Shown here: positions 16,790-26,844 of the stretch, one piece after another
Position numbering within the stretch: the stretch's first letter is position 1
Layout: every line of letters begins with the position of its first letter
Assembly (NCBI GenBank): GCA_044376115.1
Contig: JBILLK010000016.1
Location: 32,001-96,000 of the forward strand
Length of the DNA: 64,000 nt
DNA from: Polyangiaceae bacterium
GTDB lineage: Bacteria > Myxococcota_A > Polyangia > Polyangiales > Polyangiaceae
Direction of reading: 5' to 3'
Made by a program: the position numbers and the translations under genes
Notes under the pieces: model-generated
What the model was told of the DNA's origin: nothing
What the model saw: the letters and a program-made list of their open reading frames with translations, nothing else
Databases searched by the model: none

Positions 16790-18382
16790 TTAGAAGGATT
16801 GGTCGCAAGCGTCGAAGACGCCCGACGGGAGAAAGCGGGCGCGGACACAGACGAGGCCGGGCTGGCCGTTCGGCGCGGTCAGGCCGCCCGAGGTCGCGCC
16901 CATTCCGCCCATCGCGGGGGGATTGGTGTTCTGGCTGTTCTGCATGGTCAGCGGGTCAGCGAAGACCTCGCCTCCGACCTGAGCGATGAGCACCGATGGG
17001 CCGCCAGCTCCGCCTGCGCCGGGGCCGCCAGCTCCGCCTGCGCCGCCGTCTCCGCCAGCGCAACCAGTGCTCGGGGACGATTGCCCACCTTTACCAGCGA
17101 GACCGCCTGATGCGCCTGCTAGTCCGTTTGCGCCCGCTCCTCCAGGGGCTCCGTTCATCGTGACGTTGACCAAGTCCAGCGTCGCGTTGAAGGAAACGAT
17201 GGCTGCGCTGGCTCCACCGTTCTTACCTCCCGGCCCGCCGCCTCCGCCGCAGGCACCTGAGCCCCCGCCGCCACCGCTGCGTCCAACGATCGCGGCGCTG
17301 CCACCGCCGCCACCGCTACCCGGGGTACCAGGCTGGCCGTCCCCACCAACGCTCGGCTGATACCCATCCATGGTAAAGATTCCGACCACTGGCGCCTCCG
17401 TCCCGCGCGCCCCAGTAATCCCAGCTCCCCCCACACTACCGGCGTTGCACATTCCTCCATTGCTCACGCCTCCGGTCCCCCCGTTCGGGCCTAGTCCCGG
17501 CGCGCCGGTCAATCCAACGTTGCAGGTTGAGCCGTTTCCTCCGGATACGTTGACCAAGCCGCACGTTTGCGCGCCCCCGAGAGCGGTCTGAGCGCAAGCG
17601 GCGGTCGCGTTCTGGCCGTCGTTGCCGTCTATGCCCTGCGTTGGGTTTGCGCCTTGAAAGTCGGTTTCCCCCGCTGCAGCGATGACCCCCGAGTTCTGAA
17701 GACGGACATTCCCGCCAACGATCACGACCGTCACCGAACTGCCGTTCAACGGGCCGGCAACATCGATGAGCAGGGAGTCGAGCAGAACGTCTTCGTTGGG
17801 CCCGAGGTTGAGGCGCAGGGTCGGCCCTGGTGCGGTTGGTCGCAGGGTGGTCCGTGTTCCATCAGCCGACCAGGTCTCGGTGAGCCCACCGTAGACAGCA
17901 CCTCCCTTGGTTTTCACCGGGTTGCCATCGACGTTTCCCGTCTTCACGTAAATCGACTGGCCGGGCGCCTGCGCGTCGAAGGCCTCCTGCAAGGTCCTGA
18001 ACGGGGCGCTCTTGGTCCCATCTCCGCCTGTGGGTGCTCCAGCGACAACGAACAACCCACAATCCGCTCCCACCGTTTGCGAGGGGTCGCCCACGGTAAA
18101 GGTCGTTGGATCGCACTCGTCGACGGTGGTGCCGCCGCCTTGCCCGCCCTCGCCGCCAAGCCCACCGCTGCCACCGGGCCCGCCGCTTCCACCAAGCCCG
18201 CCGTTCCCACCGTCTCCGCCTTGTCCACCGCTGTTGGCGCCGCCCGTTGCTGGCCCGGCGCCTGTTGCCTCTCCGCCCGTTGCGCCGGCGCCAGTGAGCT
18301 GGCCCTCTTCAATACCGAAGATCAAGTTGCAGCCAGAAAGTCCGAGTCCGAGAACGGCAGGCAAAAGCAGGCAAGCTCGCAT
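16790..18382 (-). CDS. Gly-rich (PGRS-like) lipoprotein with a DUF1565-like/beta-helix region
   Basis: Lipobox LSGC, motif GDGTKSAPFRTLQEA, and extensive GxGG repeats. Confidence 0.85.
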   Translation of the reverse strand: MRACLLLPAVLGLGLSGCNLIFGIEEGQLTGAGATGGEATGAGPATGGANSGGQGGDGGNGGLGGSGGPGGSGGLGGEGGQGGGTTVDECDPTTFTVGDPSQTVGADCGLFVVAGAPTGGDGTKSAPFRTLQEAFDAQAPGQSIYVKTGNVDGNPVKTKGGAVYGGLTETWSADGTRTTLRPTAPGPTLRLNLGPNEDVLLDSLLIDVAGPLNGSSVTVVIVGGNVRLQNSGVIAAAGETDFQGANPTQGIDGNDGQNATAACAQTALGGAQTCGLVNVSGGNGSTCNVGLTGAPGLGPNGGTGGVSNGGMCNAGSVGGAGITGARGTEAPVVGIFTMDGYQPSVGGDGQPGTPGSGGGGGSAAIVGRSGGGGGSGACGGGGGPGGKNGGASAAIVSFNATLDLVNVTMNGAPGGAGANGLAGASGGLAGKGGQSSPSTGCAGGDGGAGGAGGPGAGGAGGPSVLIAQVGGEVFADPLTMQNSQNTNPPAMGGMGATSGGLTAPNGQPGLVCVRARFLPSGVFDACDQSF

Positions 18383-18461
18383 GCGAAGAAGTTTGTCCTA
18401 GTTCGGCGAGCCTTACCAGTGCCAGCTTCCTACGCTGGCCGCTGCTTGATAGAGTCCGCCC

Positions 18462-20588
18462 ATGGCTTTCATCTTTCAGGCGCGGGGGCTCGCCTCGAGA
18501 TTGCTGCTTCCGTCAGCGACCCTTCTGCTTGCAGCGTGTTCGCTGATCAACGCTCCCGATGAAGTGAAGCCCGGCAGCGGGGCTGGCGGTAGCGGTGCCA
18601 CCGGCGGTGGAGGCAACGGCGGCGGCGGCGGTGCGGGTGCCGGCGGCTCCGGCGGCATGACCGCCTGTACCGGCAACGAGGAGTGCGCGAGCTTGACCAC
18701 CGCCTGCGCGACCGGTGAATGTTCGGACGGGAGCTGCGTTGCAACCCCGCGGCCGGCGGGCACCGAGTGCGGCGCAGCGGCGGGGCAATGTGACTTGGCG
18801 GACACTTGTGATGGCGCCGGTCAATGCAGCGTCAACTTCCAACCCAACGGCAGCTACTGCAGCGATTGTCCTGCGGGGCTTGGCAATTGCGCCGCCTGCA
18901 ACGCAGGCGTGTGCGGCGACTGTTCCGGCCGCGCGACGCTCAAGACCTTCCGTCATCCGCTCAGCACCAGCGGCTGGACCTTGACCGGCGGCTGGAAGAT
19001 TTACGCTGAGACGCCGCCAGAGAGCGAGAAGGCGTTCAACGGCGGCTGCGACAACGGTATCGACGATGACGGCGATGGGATGACCGACCTCGCCGATCCT
19101 GGCTGTGACGACCGAGGCGACCAAAGTGAGTTCCAACCCAGCGTCTGCGCCGACGGCAACGACAACGACGGTGACACGCTGACCGATCTGGCCGACCCCG
19201 ATTGTTCTTCGATCGGCGATGACAACGAACGCTTCACTGGGCCGATCGCCTTCGATCACCCGGTGCTTGGCACCGACGGGAATCGCAAGGCACCCTATGG
19301 TTACTTCCTTCAACCCCCTCCTGGCATTCCAGGGGGCGCTGAGCTCGAGCAGTCCTCGGCGACGAGCCCCGCCACGCTGATCCCAACGCAGCTCGAGTTC
19401 CTCTCCTGGAGTATGGATGAGGGCAGCAACTTTGACCTCAAAGCGGTTCAACTTTCGCTTGATGGCACGAGCTTCACCACCATCGCGATCTGCCCGCAGG
19501 GGCAGCCCGGCGCCTTCCCGTTCTGCCAACCGTCCAATCAGTTTTCGCCCAAGCCGCCCGATGCCTGGGACGTCGTGACTCTCCCGGTCCCGCAGGACTT
19601 CCAAGGGCAGATCGGGTTCGTGCGCTTCGTGCTCGACACCAAAGACGCTTGCTGCGAGTGGGAGCGCGGCTGGTACGTTGACGCGCTCAACTTTGCCCAG
19701 GATTGCGCCTGCGCAGCCAACGCCGATTGCAGCTTCCTCGATTCGGGCTGTGCCACCGGCGAGTGCGACCAAAGCAACAAAGAATGCACCCTCGCAGCGC
19801 AAGCGGAGGGCACAGCTTGTGCGGGTCCGGAAGACGCCGGTTGCGGCCAATCGGAGTGCGATGAACACGGCTTTTGCAACGCCAACGAGGTCGCCTTCGA
19901 CGGGGACAGCTGTTCGAGCTGTGATACCGAGCCGTGCGATGCGTGTGCGGCGTCGCAATGCCTCGAGTGCCCAGCGGTTCAGACCGTCGACTTCCTCTCG
20001 CTCAACAACTTCGTCTTCAGCGGGGACTTCGGCTCCGCCAGCTGTCTATCGGCGAATTCAGTGACGCCTGCGGAGACACCCTGCTTCCCGAGTAGCCCCG
20101 ACCTGGGCCAGCCGATGTTCGCGCCCGTGCTTGGCAGCAACGGCTCGCGCACCGGCATCTTTCCCTACGCCGGCCAGTCTGAAATCCGCAACTCCTCGAT
20201 GCGTACGGCTCCGACGTTCATTCCCACGGCTTTGACCTTCCGCAGCTGGCACCAAGATCGCGGTGGCAACGACACCTTCGTTCCGCGCGATACAAAGCTG
20301 ATTCGCGTCTCGGTCGATGGCGGTAACCAATGGACCACGGTGCTGAACTGCGACGGCAACACGACCACGCCGTTCTGCATTCCGTCGCCTCCCAACGTCA
20401 ACCGCGCGCTCGATCAGTGGGACGACATCTCGCTGCCCATCCCTGCCAACTTGCAGGGCCAGAACGGCATCTTCGAGTTCTCTTACAACACCGTTGATTC
20501 AGGAGCGGGCTGGGAGCGCGGTTGGTATGTGGACGACCTCAACATCAATCGCTGTGATTGCATCTTTGAGTGCTCAGTTGCGAACTAG
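18462..20588 (+). CDS. Cys-rich extracellular lipoprotein with two beta-sandwich domains and Ca-binding DxDGD repeats
   Basis: Lipobox LAAC, disintegrin-like GTEC..CDLADTCDG, CDNGIDDDGDGMTDLADPGC-type repeat twice, and duplicated PVLG.DG/NG.R...S.DG...PFC...WD..LP.P..QGQ.G...WERGWYVD.LN. Confidence 0.85.
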   Translation: MAFIFQARGLASRLLLPSATLLLAACSLINAPDEVKPGSGAGGSGATGGGGNGGGGGAGAGGSGGMTACTGNEECASLTTACATGECSDGSCVATPRPAGTECGAAAGQCDLADTCDGAGQCSVNFQPNGSYCSDCPAGLGNCAACNAGVCGDCSGRATLKTFRHPLSTSGWTLTGGWKIYAETPPESEKAFNGGCDNGIDDDGDGMTDLADPGCDDRGDQSEFQPSVCADGNDNDGDTLTDLADPDCSSIGDDNERFTGPIAFDHPVLGTDGNRKAPYGYFLQPPPGIPGGAELEQSSATSPATLIPTQLEFLSWSMDEGSNFDLKAVQLSLDGTSFTTIAICPQGQPGAFPFCQPSNQFSPKPPDAWDVVTLPVPQDFQGQIGFVRFVLDTKDACCEWERGWYVDALNFAQDCACAANADCSFLDSGCATGECDQSNKECTLAAQAEGTACAGPEDAGCGQSECDEHGFCNANEVAFDGDSCSSCDTEPCDACAASQCLECPAVQTVDFLSLNNFVFSGDFGSASCLSANSVTPAETPCFPSSPDLGQPMFAPVLGSNGSRTGIFPYAGQSEIRNSSMRTAPTFIPTALTFRSWHQDRGGNDTFVPRDTKLIRVSVDGGNQWTTVLNCDGNTTTPFCIPSPPNVNRALDQWDDISLPIPANLQGQNGIFEFSYNTVDSGAGWERGWYVDDLNINRCDCIFECSVAN

Positions 20589-21063
20589 CTGGATCTGTCT
20601 CGTCCTGCTTTGTGCCGCGTGTTCGAGCGAGCCGGCTCCGGCCGGCTCGGCGAAGACGTCGGCGGCGCCCGCTGCAGCCTCAAGTGCGGCGCCGCCTCCC
20701 GCCGTCTCCAGCTCGCCTGCGGCCTCCTCGCCCGGTAAGGACTTCGTCGCGGGGCAGCAGGTGCAGGTCACATGGAAGGGCGCCGACCGCGCAAGCAAGA
20801 GCGTCAAGCGCTCGAAGGACGAGGCGAAGAAGCTCGCGACCGAAGTGCTGGAGCGCGCCAAGAAAGGCGAGGACTTCGTCAAGTTGGCGAAGGAGTACTC
20901 GGACGATCCGGACGCAAAAGACCGCGACGGCAGCGTTGGTACAGTCAAACGCGACGACGGCAAGCTGCCGGTCTACCAGCAGCTTTTCGACCTGAAGGTT
21001 GGCGAGCTGAGCTCGGTGATCGAGGCCAAGACCGGCTTCTACGTGCTCAAGCGAACGCAGTAA
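20578..21063 (+). CDS. Parvulin-type peptidyl-prolyl isomerase lipoprotein
   Basis: RSKDEAKKLA, GEDFVKLAKEYSDD, G.VG and LSSVIEAKTGFY; lipobox CAAC. A TTG start is assumed. Confidence 0.88.
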   Translation: MRTSWICLVLLCAACSSEPAPAGSAKTSAAPAAASSAAPPPAVSSSPAASSPGKDFVAGQQVQVTWKGADRASKSVKRSKDEAKKLATEVLERAKKGEDFVKLAKEYSDDPDAKDRDGSVGTVKRDDGKLPVYQQLFDLKVGELSSVIEAKTGFYVLKRTQ

Positions 21064-22038
21064 CTACCAACGAAGGACGAGCTTGCCTTTGACGGCTCGC
21101 CCTTCCATCAGCTCGAGCGCAGCGCGCGCCTCGGTCATCGGCAGCACCCGATCGATCGCGGGCTTCAACTTGCCTGCAGCGATCTCAGCAAAGATGCGTT
21201 CGGCGTGGGCGCGATTGCGCTCCGGCTCACGCACCGCGAACGAGCCCCAAAACACGCCCACGATCTGGCAGCCTTTGAGCAGCGTCAGGTTGAGCGGGAT
21301 CTTGGGGATCTCCCCCGAGGCAAAGCCAACCACGAGATAGCGCCCCTTCCACGCGATCGAGCGCAGCGCCGGCTCGGCGTATTTTCCACCGACTGCGTCG
21401 TAGATGAGGTCGGCGCCGTTACCGCCGGTCAAGGTGCGGACGCGCTCCTTCAGATCCTCACTCGAATAAAGGATCGTTTCGTCGGCGCCCATCGCACGGC
21501 AGTGCGCGAGCTTCTCCTCGCTGCTCGCAGCGGCGATCACGCGCGCCCCGAGCAGCTTCCCCAGCTCAATGGCCGCTGTCCCAACGCCGCCTGCAGCGCC
21601 GAGCACGAGCAACGTTTCGCCTGCGCGCAGCTCCGCCCGATCGACGAGCGCATGCATGGTGGTTGCGTAGGTCAACAAGGCTGCCGCCGCCGTCTCGAAG
21701 GGCACTGCATCCGGTAGCTTGACGAAGGTTGCCTCGTTGGCCGCCACGCGCTCGGCAAACGCGCCGTTGACCATCGTCCCAGCGACGCGGTCTCCGACGG
21801 CAAAGCTCGTTACGCCGGGGCCAACGGCTTTCACGATCCCGGCCAATTCGCCGCCGAGGGTGAACGGCGGCTCCGGTTTGAACTGGTACTTGCCGTACGA
21901 AAGCAGCACGTCCGGAAAGTTGAGCGACCCAGCGTGGACCTCCACCAGGACTTCTCCGGAGGAGACGCTGGGCTCAGCGACAGTCGTGATCTCAGTTCCT
22001 TGGGGACCAATCAGCTGACATTGGGTTACGGCGCGCAC
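21064..22038 (-). CDS. NADPH:quinone oxidoreductase (MDR/zeta-crystallin family)
   Basis: LNFPD...GKYQ, GAAGGVGTAA, YDAVGG and GKLVL. Confidence 0.93.
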   Translation of the reverse strand: MRAVTQCQLIGPQGTEITTVAEPSVSSGEVLVEVHAGSLNFPDVLLSYGKYQFKPEPPFTLGGELAGIVKAVGPGVTSFAVGDRVAGTMVNGAFAERVAANEATFVKLPDAVPFETAAAALLTYATTMHALVDRAELRAGETLLVLGAAGGVGTAAIELGKLLGARVIAAASSEEKLAHCRAMGADETILYSSEDLKERVRTLTGGNGADLIYDAVGGKYAEPALRSIAWKGRYLVVGFASGEIPKIPLNLTLLKGCQIVGVFWGSFAVREPERNRAHAERIFAEIAAGKLKPAIDRVLPMTEARAALELMEGRAVKGKLVLRW

Positions 22039-22047
22039 GCCTGCACT

Positions 22048-23274
22048 CTATCTCACGATTCGATCGTCGAGCACCCACTCATCCCAATAGGCAGGCCAGC
22101 CCGGGTAGGTGATGCGCATGAAATCCCCGTTGCGCTTGGTCACCCGCGCCGGCCAGTTCTTGTTTTGCCAGGTCACCGTGAGGTCGGTGCCTTCGGCGAA
22201 GGAGGTGAAGCGGATGGGCGTGAGCGCCGCCGTCATCAGCGTTTCATCCCAGGCGTCGGCGTAGCTGAAGAAGCGTACGGTCGCTTGCTCCTTCTGGGTA
22301 TCGAGCACGCGCCCAACGCGGCTGCCTTTGCGCGAAGGGGCGTTGACGTAGTTTCCGCGGTTCGATGCGCCCGCCACGCGGGTCGCCGTCTTACTGAGCG
22401 GCCACTCTTGAAGGCCCGCCGGCAAATGAACTCCCGCACGTTGGTGCTCACGGAACTTCATCGCGTCGCGCACTTCTTCGGCGATCTCCCCGAGCTCCAC
22501 CAGCCCGTCGGAGTCACGGTCTGCCAGCGCATCACCTGCGAGGGAGTCGAGCAGGGTCTGGGTGAAGGTCCAGTTCGCTGTCGATAGGTTCGAGCTTTCA
22601 GCCGACGTCAGACTCGCAGCCACGAGGCCCTGCTTGTTGAGCGACTGGGCGACCGTCTCGAGTTCGCCCGAGTAACAGCAATCACCGAGCAAGAGGACGT
22701 GAGCCCCGCGGGGGGCCTTGCTCAGCGCCTCTTCGACGTCGCGCATCGAAAGGCCGGTCTCATCGGTTTTGTTGAGCTTGAGATCGTGCGAGGCGAAGTA
22801 GACCGTCCCACTCGGTCCCCGTACCCCGTGCCCGGCGTAATAAAAGATGAGCACCCCATCGGCCTGTGTCTTTGCGGCGGCCTTCTCGAGCTCGCGCTTG
22901 ATGTTCGCGCGGGTCGCGTCTTCATCGAGCAGACGTTCGACCTGGGCGCCTTTCTGGGTCTCAAGCAGCTTGGCGAGTTCGAGGTCTTTGCGCGCGCGCT
23001 TGTCGAAGCTGGATAGACCCGGGTCCTGCCAGCTGAGCACGCCGGAGATCACCGCATGGATTGACTTGCCTTCGAGCGGGCTCGGGCCGCTCTTCGGCAA
23101 AGCCCGCGCCTGCGCGGACTTATCCCCGCGTGGTTTCGCGGACGGCTCCGCCGACCGACTTCGTTTCGATGGCTTCTCGTCGGGTTGGTCTTCCCTCGAC
23201 TTTCGCTCGCCCGAGCAATGAAGCGACGATAGGGCGAGTTGCAACGCAAGCATTGCGCACGAAGCGGACCGCAT
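22048..23274 (-). CDS. Exported caspase-family (C14) peptidase with C-terminal Tudor/SH3-like domains
   Basis: Catalytic dyad FYYAGHG and LGDCCYSG, EF-hand-like DRDSDGLVELGE, two short Trp-rich barrels (VRFFSYADAWDE, ITYPGWPAYWDEWV), and an N-terminal signal with Cys. Confidence 0.88.
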   Translation of the reverse strand: MRSASCAMLALQLALSSLHCSGERKSREDQPDEKPSKRSRSAEPSAKPRGDKSAQARALPKSGPSPLEGKSIHAVISGVLSWQDPGLSSFDKRARKDLELAKLLETQKGAQVERLLDEDATRANIKRELEKAAAKTQADGVLIFYYAGHGVRGPSGTVYFASHDLKLNKTDETGLSMRDVEEALSKAPRGAHVLLLGDCCYSGELETVAQSLNKQGLVAASLTSAESSNLSTANWTFTQTLLDSLAGDALADRDSDGLVELGEIAEEVRDAMKFREHQRAGVHLPAGLQEWPLSKTATRVAGASNRGNYVNAPSRKGSRVGRVLDTQKEQATVRFFSYADAWDETLMTAALTPIRFTSFAEGTDLTVTWQNKNWPARVTKRNGDFMRITYPGWPAYWDEWVLDDRIVR

Positions 23275-23354
23275 CGCGCAAGGCTAGCGTGAAGCCGCAA
23301 CGCGCGGCCACGGGCGCGGTGGACGAAGGGGGAACCACGCGTTAGAGAGAGTGT

Positions 23355-24671
23355 GTGCTCAACGCTGGTCATCCGCTGCGCGACGGGCGCTACCGCATCA
23401 CACGGGTGCTTGGCGAGGGGTCGCAAGGCACCACCTTCGAGGCGGTCGATGCAAAGCTGGGTCGGCTGGTGGCGATCAAGCGCTTTCAGGTTCGCGGCGC
23501 CGCATCTTGGAAGGACGTTGAACTCGCAGAGCGTGAGGCCGTGGTACTCGGTGCGCTCAAACACCCGCTGATTCCTGCTTACGTCGAGCATTTCGAGGAA
23601 GAGGCGGCGCTCTACTTGGTGACCGAGTTGGTCGCTGGGCAGAACTTACGCCAGCGCGCCGCGGGCGGGACGATGAGCCTCGACGAGGTGCTGCGACTGC
23701 TCTCGGATCTGAGCCAAGTAATCGAGTATCTCCATGGCCTGCATCCGCCGGTCATTCACCGCGATATCAAGCCGGGCAACATCATTCGTCGCGAAGACGG
23801 GCGCTTCATGCTCGTGGACTTTGGGTCGGTGCGCGCCAAGCTCGAGCTCTCTCAGGGCAGCACCGTGGTAGGCACCTTCGGGTTCATGGCGCCGGAGCAG
23901 TTTCAGGGCCGCGCCCTCCCGCAGTCGGACGTGTACTCGCTTGGAGCAACGGTGCTCTCGCTGATGACCGGCCTCGAGCCGGAGAAGTTGCCACATCGCG
24001 GGCTCGCCATCGACGTCCGCGCAAGTCTCGGTCCCAACGTGGATCGGCGAATCGTGGAGCTGCTCGAGCGGATGCTCAACCCCGATCCGGATCAGCGGCT
24101 ACCGCGCGTTTCCAGCGCTTTGCAGGTGTTCCGTCGGCTTCGCGCAGGCGCCGCCAATCGGCCTGCCGCACCGGCTTCACAACCGCCGCCGCCCTCGCGC
24201 CGTGCGCGTCGCGGCAACGCCCGCCCCCCGTTCGATGTTGTCCCGCCCTGGTCGAAGCGCTACCAAGCCAGGCCGCTGGGTCGCAGCGCTGAACTCGCTC
24301 CGCCCCGCGAGATCGCGTTGCCGCTCTTGTCGGTCGCTCGCGCAGCCGTCTACTTCGGCGCGGTCTTTTTCGCGCCGCTCGTACTTTCGCTGCTTTCGAT
24401 CATCTTTGGTAAGCCGCTGAGACGGGCCGCCTACCAAACGCGCGAGGCCGGAGAGCGCGCGTTGCGCGCGATGGACCTGAAAGCGCAGTCGTTTCTAACG
24501 CAGCCAATTCACGAGCCGGTGGCGGAGCCAGTTCCGGTCCCGCCGGCCGCCGCGCCTTCGCCAGTTGCCAACGCCCAACGTCGCGTCGAAGCCAATGCCG
24601 CGGCTCCCCAAGAGGACTTGATCGAGGAGCCCGAGCAGACCGCAGAACAGCGCTCGGCGACGCGCCTTTAG
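23355..24671 (+). CDS. Hanks-type Ser/Thr protein kinase (membrane-anchored)
   Basis: GEGSQG, VAIK, HRDIKPGN, DFG, GTFGFMAPE and DVYSLG, with a C-terminal TM segment. Confidence 0.95.
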   Translation: MLNAGHPLRDGRYRITRVLGEGSQGTTFEAVDAKLGRLVAIKRFQVRGAASWKDVELAEREAVVLGALKHPLIPAYVEHFEEEAALYLVTELVAGQNLRQRAAGGTMSLDEVLRLLSDLSQVIEYLHGLHPPVIHRDIKPGNIIRREDGRFMLVDFGSVRAKLELSQGSTVVGTFGFMAPEQFQGRALPQSDVYSLGATVLSLMTGLEPEKLPHRGLAIDVRASLGPNVDRRIVELLERMLNPDPDQRLPRVSSALQVFRRLRAGAANRPAAPASQPPPPSRRARRGNARPPFDVVPPWSKRYQARPLGRSAELAPPREIALPLLSVARAAVYFGAVFFAPLVLSLLSIIFGKPLRRAAYQTREAGERALRAMDLKAQSFLTQPIHEPVAEPVPVPPAAAPSPVANAQRRVEANAAAPQEDLIEEPEQTAEQRSATRL

Positions 24672-24675
24672 GCTG

Positions 24676-26667
24676 TCAGAACTTGAAGGTCAGCATGGTG
24701 GTCTCGTTGGGCTTGATCACCGCCCCACGCGACTTGGCCGCGCCACTCGTTGGTTTGCAAACCACCGTGTGTTTGCCGGCAGGCAATGAAACGCTCAGCG
24801 AAGAGCCGCTGCCTTTCCCTGCGCCATCGACGCTGAACGAGCAGGACCCGCCCGTCGCGATGGCGAGCAGCCGTCCGCTTCCTCCAGCCGGCGTGGGCTC
24901 CGGCTTCGGCTCCGGCTTCGGCTCGGGCTTCGGTTCCGGCTTCGGCTCAGGCTTCGGCGGGGGCTCTTTGGTGCGGGGGTTGGGCTTCCCGGGAATTGGC
25001 TTGGGCGCATCTCCCGTGGTGACGACGACCGGGCCGGCCGGTTCATCGGGTTGCGCCGACAGCTGAATGGCCGGCCTTTCCGGCGGGGCCTCAACAGGCT
25101 TCGGCGCTGCGGTTTGGGCCTGTTGGGCGGCGGGCTGCACTGGAACCGAAACGGGGCCCGGCTCCTGCGGGCGCCCAGCGTCGGCGGCCACTTTGGGCGA
25201 CTCACGCAACAAGAGCAGCAGGACGACCGGCAGCATCACCGCGGTGGCAGCGAGCGCGCCCCACAAGATGCGGATATCGAAGCCGCCACGCTTCGCCGGT
25301 TTGGGCGACAAGCTGGGCTGCGTGAGCGGCGGCGGGCTGGTGTCGAAGCGGCCGCTCACCTCGGCGGCCTGCGGCTGACGTTGGCGAGGTGCCGTCATCT
25401 TCCCAGCGCCGAGAAAGGGGGAAGGCGGTAGCGATGGCGGTGGAGGAGGTACTGGCAACCCGCGCGTCGAGTAGGCCGTCGGCATCGGTGAGGCCGGGTC
25501 TGCGCCGCGTTGCGAATCGGGCCCCATGGCCCGCATGCTCGCTGTCAGCTCCCGCGCGATCAGCGGCAAGTTCGACCCGGAGCCGCTGGCACCACCGAGC
25601 ACTTGGGTGGCCTCCTCATCTCCCGGCAGGTCCTCGAACTCGGCGTTGGAGATCGCCACCGGGCGCGACATCGGCGGCGGGATCACGCTGCTGCGCGAGG
25701 GCGGCGGCGGCACGTAGCTCGGCGGCGGGGCCGGAACTGCGCCGCTCTTGCGTTGTTTGGCGCGATGGGCGATCTGCGCGATCCGCTCGATCAGGACCTG
25801 CCCTTCGGCCGGGGCGTACGGCCCGAGCGAGTGCGCGAAGGAGTGAATGTTCTTGAAGCGCCGATCGATGTCTTTGGCGAGCGCCCAGGAAAGAATGTTG
25901 TCGATGTCCGGAACGACGTCCCCGCGCAGCGAGGTGATCGGCGGGGGCTCCTCCCGTGTGATCGCCAACATCAAACGCGCAACGTCGCCTGCGAAGGGCG
26001 GCTTACCGGCGAGCAGGAAGTACAGCACCGCTCCCAGCGACCAGACGTCGGTGCGCACGTCCACCGACTTCGCTTTGCGCACGAGTTCCGGCGAGGAGTA
26101 CGACGAGAGCCCAAACAGCGCGGTTGCGGTCAAGGAGCTGCCACCCGCGGGGGCCGCTGCGTCGCGCATCAGCTTGGCCGTCCCGAAGTCGGTGATCTTG
26201 AGCAGCGGCGTTCCACTCGGGCGGCGCGCGACCATCATGTTGGGCGGAGAAAGCTCACGCACGATCAGCCCGTGGGCGTGTGTTTCTGCCACGCACTCGG
26301 CTGCTTGGAGCGCCAGCAGCACCGCCTCGGGGACAGGGCGCGGACCGTAGTTCTGGACGTAGCTATTTAGCTCTTCGCCCTCGACGTGCTGACGCACGAG
26401 GTAAAAGGAGCCATCCGGTTGGGTGCCAACGTCGATGATGCGGGCCGCATGCTCGGACTCGAGCTTCGACAGGACGCGGGCTTCTCTGCGGAAGCGCTCG
26501 ATCTCACGATCATCGCCGGTGCCGGCCAGCAGCAGTTTGATCACCACCCTCTGGTCGAACTCGACGTGGAAGGCTTCCAACGTGAGCGTAGGAACACGCG
26601 ACAAGATCGCTCGCACGCGATACTTGCCACCAACTACGTCGCCCGGGTGAATATCGTCTGCGCGCAT
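24676..26667 (-). CDS. Ser/Thr kinase-like protein, probable pseudokinase, with a TM helix and a PEGA-like C-terminus
   Basis: VVIK, DFG, SPE and DVWSLG are present. The catalytic loop reads VRELSPPN and the Gly-rich loop is absent. Confidence 0.88.
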   Translation of the reverse strand: MRADDIHPGDVVGGKYRVRAILSRVPTLTLEAFHVEFDQRVVIKLLLAGTGDDREIERFRREARVLSKLESEHAARIIDVGTQPDGSFYLVRQHVEGEELNSYVQNYGPRPVPEAVLLALQAAECVAETHAHGLIVRELSPPNMMVARRPSGTPLLKITDFGTAKLMRDAAAPAGGSSLTATALFGLSSYSSPELVRKAKSVDVRTDVWSLGAVLYFLLAGKPPFAGDVARLMLAITREEPPPITSLRGDVVPDIDNILSWALAKDIDRRFKNIHSFAHSLGPYAPAEGQVLIERIAQIAHRAKQRKSGAVPAPPPSYVPPPPSRSSVIPPPMSRPVAISNAEFEDLPGDEEATQVLGGASGSGSNLPLIARELTASMRAMGPDSQRGADPASPMPTAYSTRGLPVPPPPPSLPPSPFLGAGKMTAPRQRQPQAAEVSGRFDTSPPPLTQPSLSPKPAKRGGFDIRILWGALAATAVMLPVVLLLLLRESPKVAADAGRPQEPGPVSVPVQPAAQQAQTAAPKPVEAPPERPAIQLSAQPDEPAGPVVVTTGDAPKPIPGKPNPRTKEPPPKPEPKPEPKPEPKPEPKPEPTPAGGSGRLLAIATGGSCSFSVDGAGKGSGSSLSVSLPAGKHTVVCKPTSGAAKSRGAVIKPNETTMLTFKF
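24893..24960 (-). repeat. 12-bp tandem repeat encoding (PEPK)n
   Basis: Degenerate GGCTTCGGCTCC units on the plus strand; the protein reads PKPEPKPEPKPEPKPEPKPEP. Confidence 0.85.
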
Positions 26668-26844
26668 CGAGGAGCGGTGAACATTCTTGCACGATCCGCG
26701 GCCAAGTACGAAAGCCAAGTGCCGCGATCCGCGTTCCCTGCGAAATCTCCCGCTAAGGGCGGCCCATGTGAGGTTTTGTTAGCGGCGCTGCTGTTATGCA
26801 ACTCACCCGGGCGAACCCACACGAACGGTGGTAGTGTGACCCGC

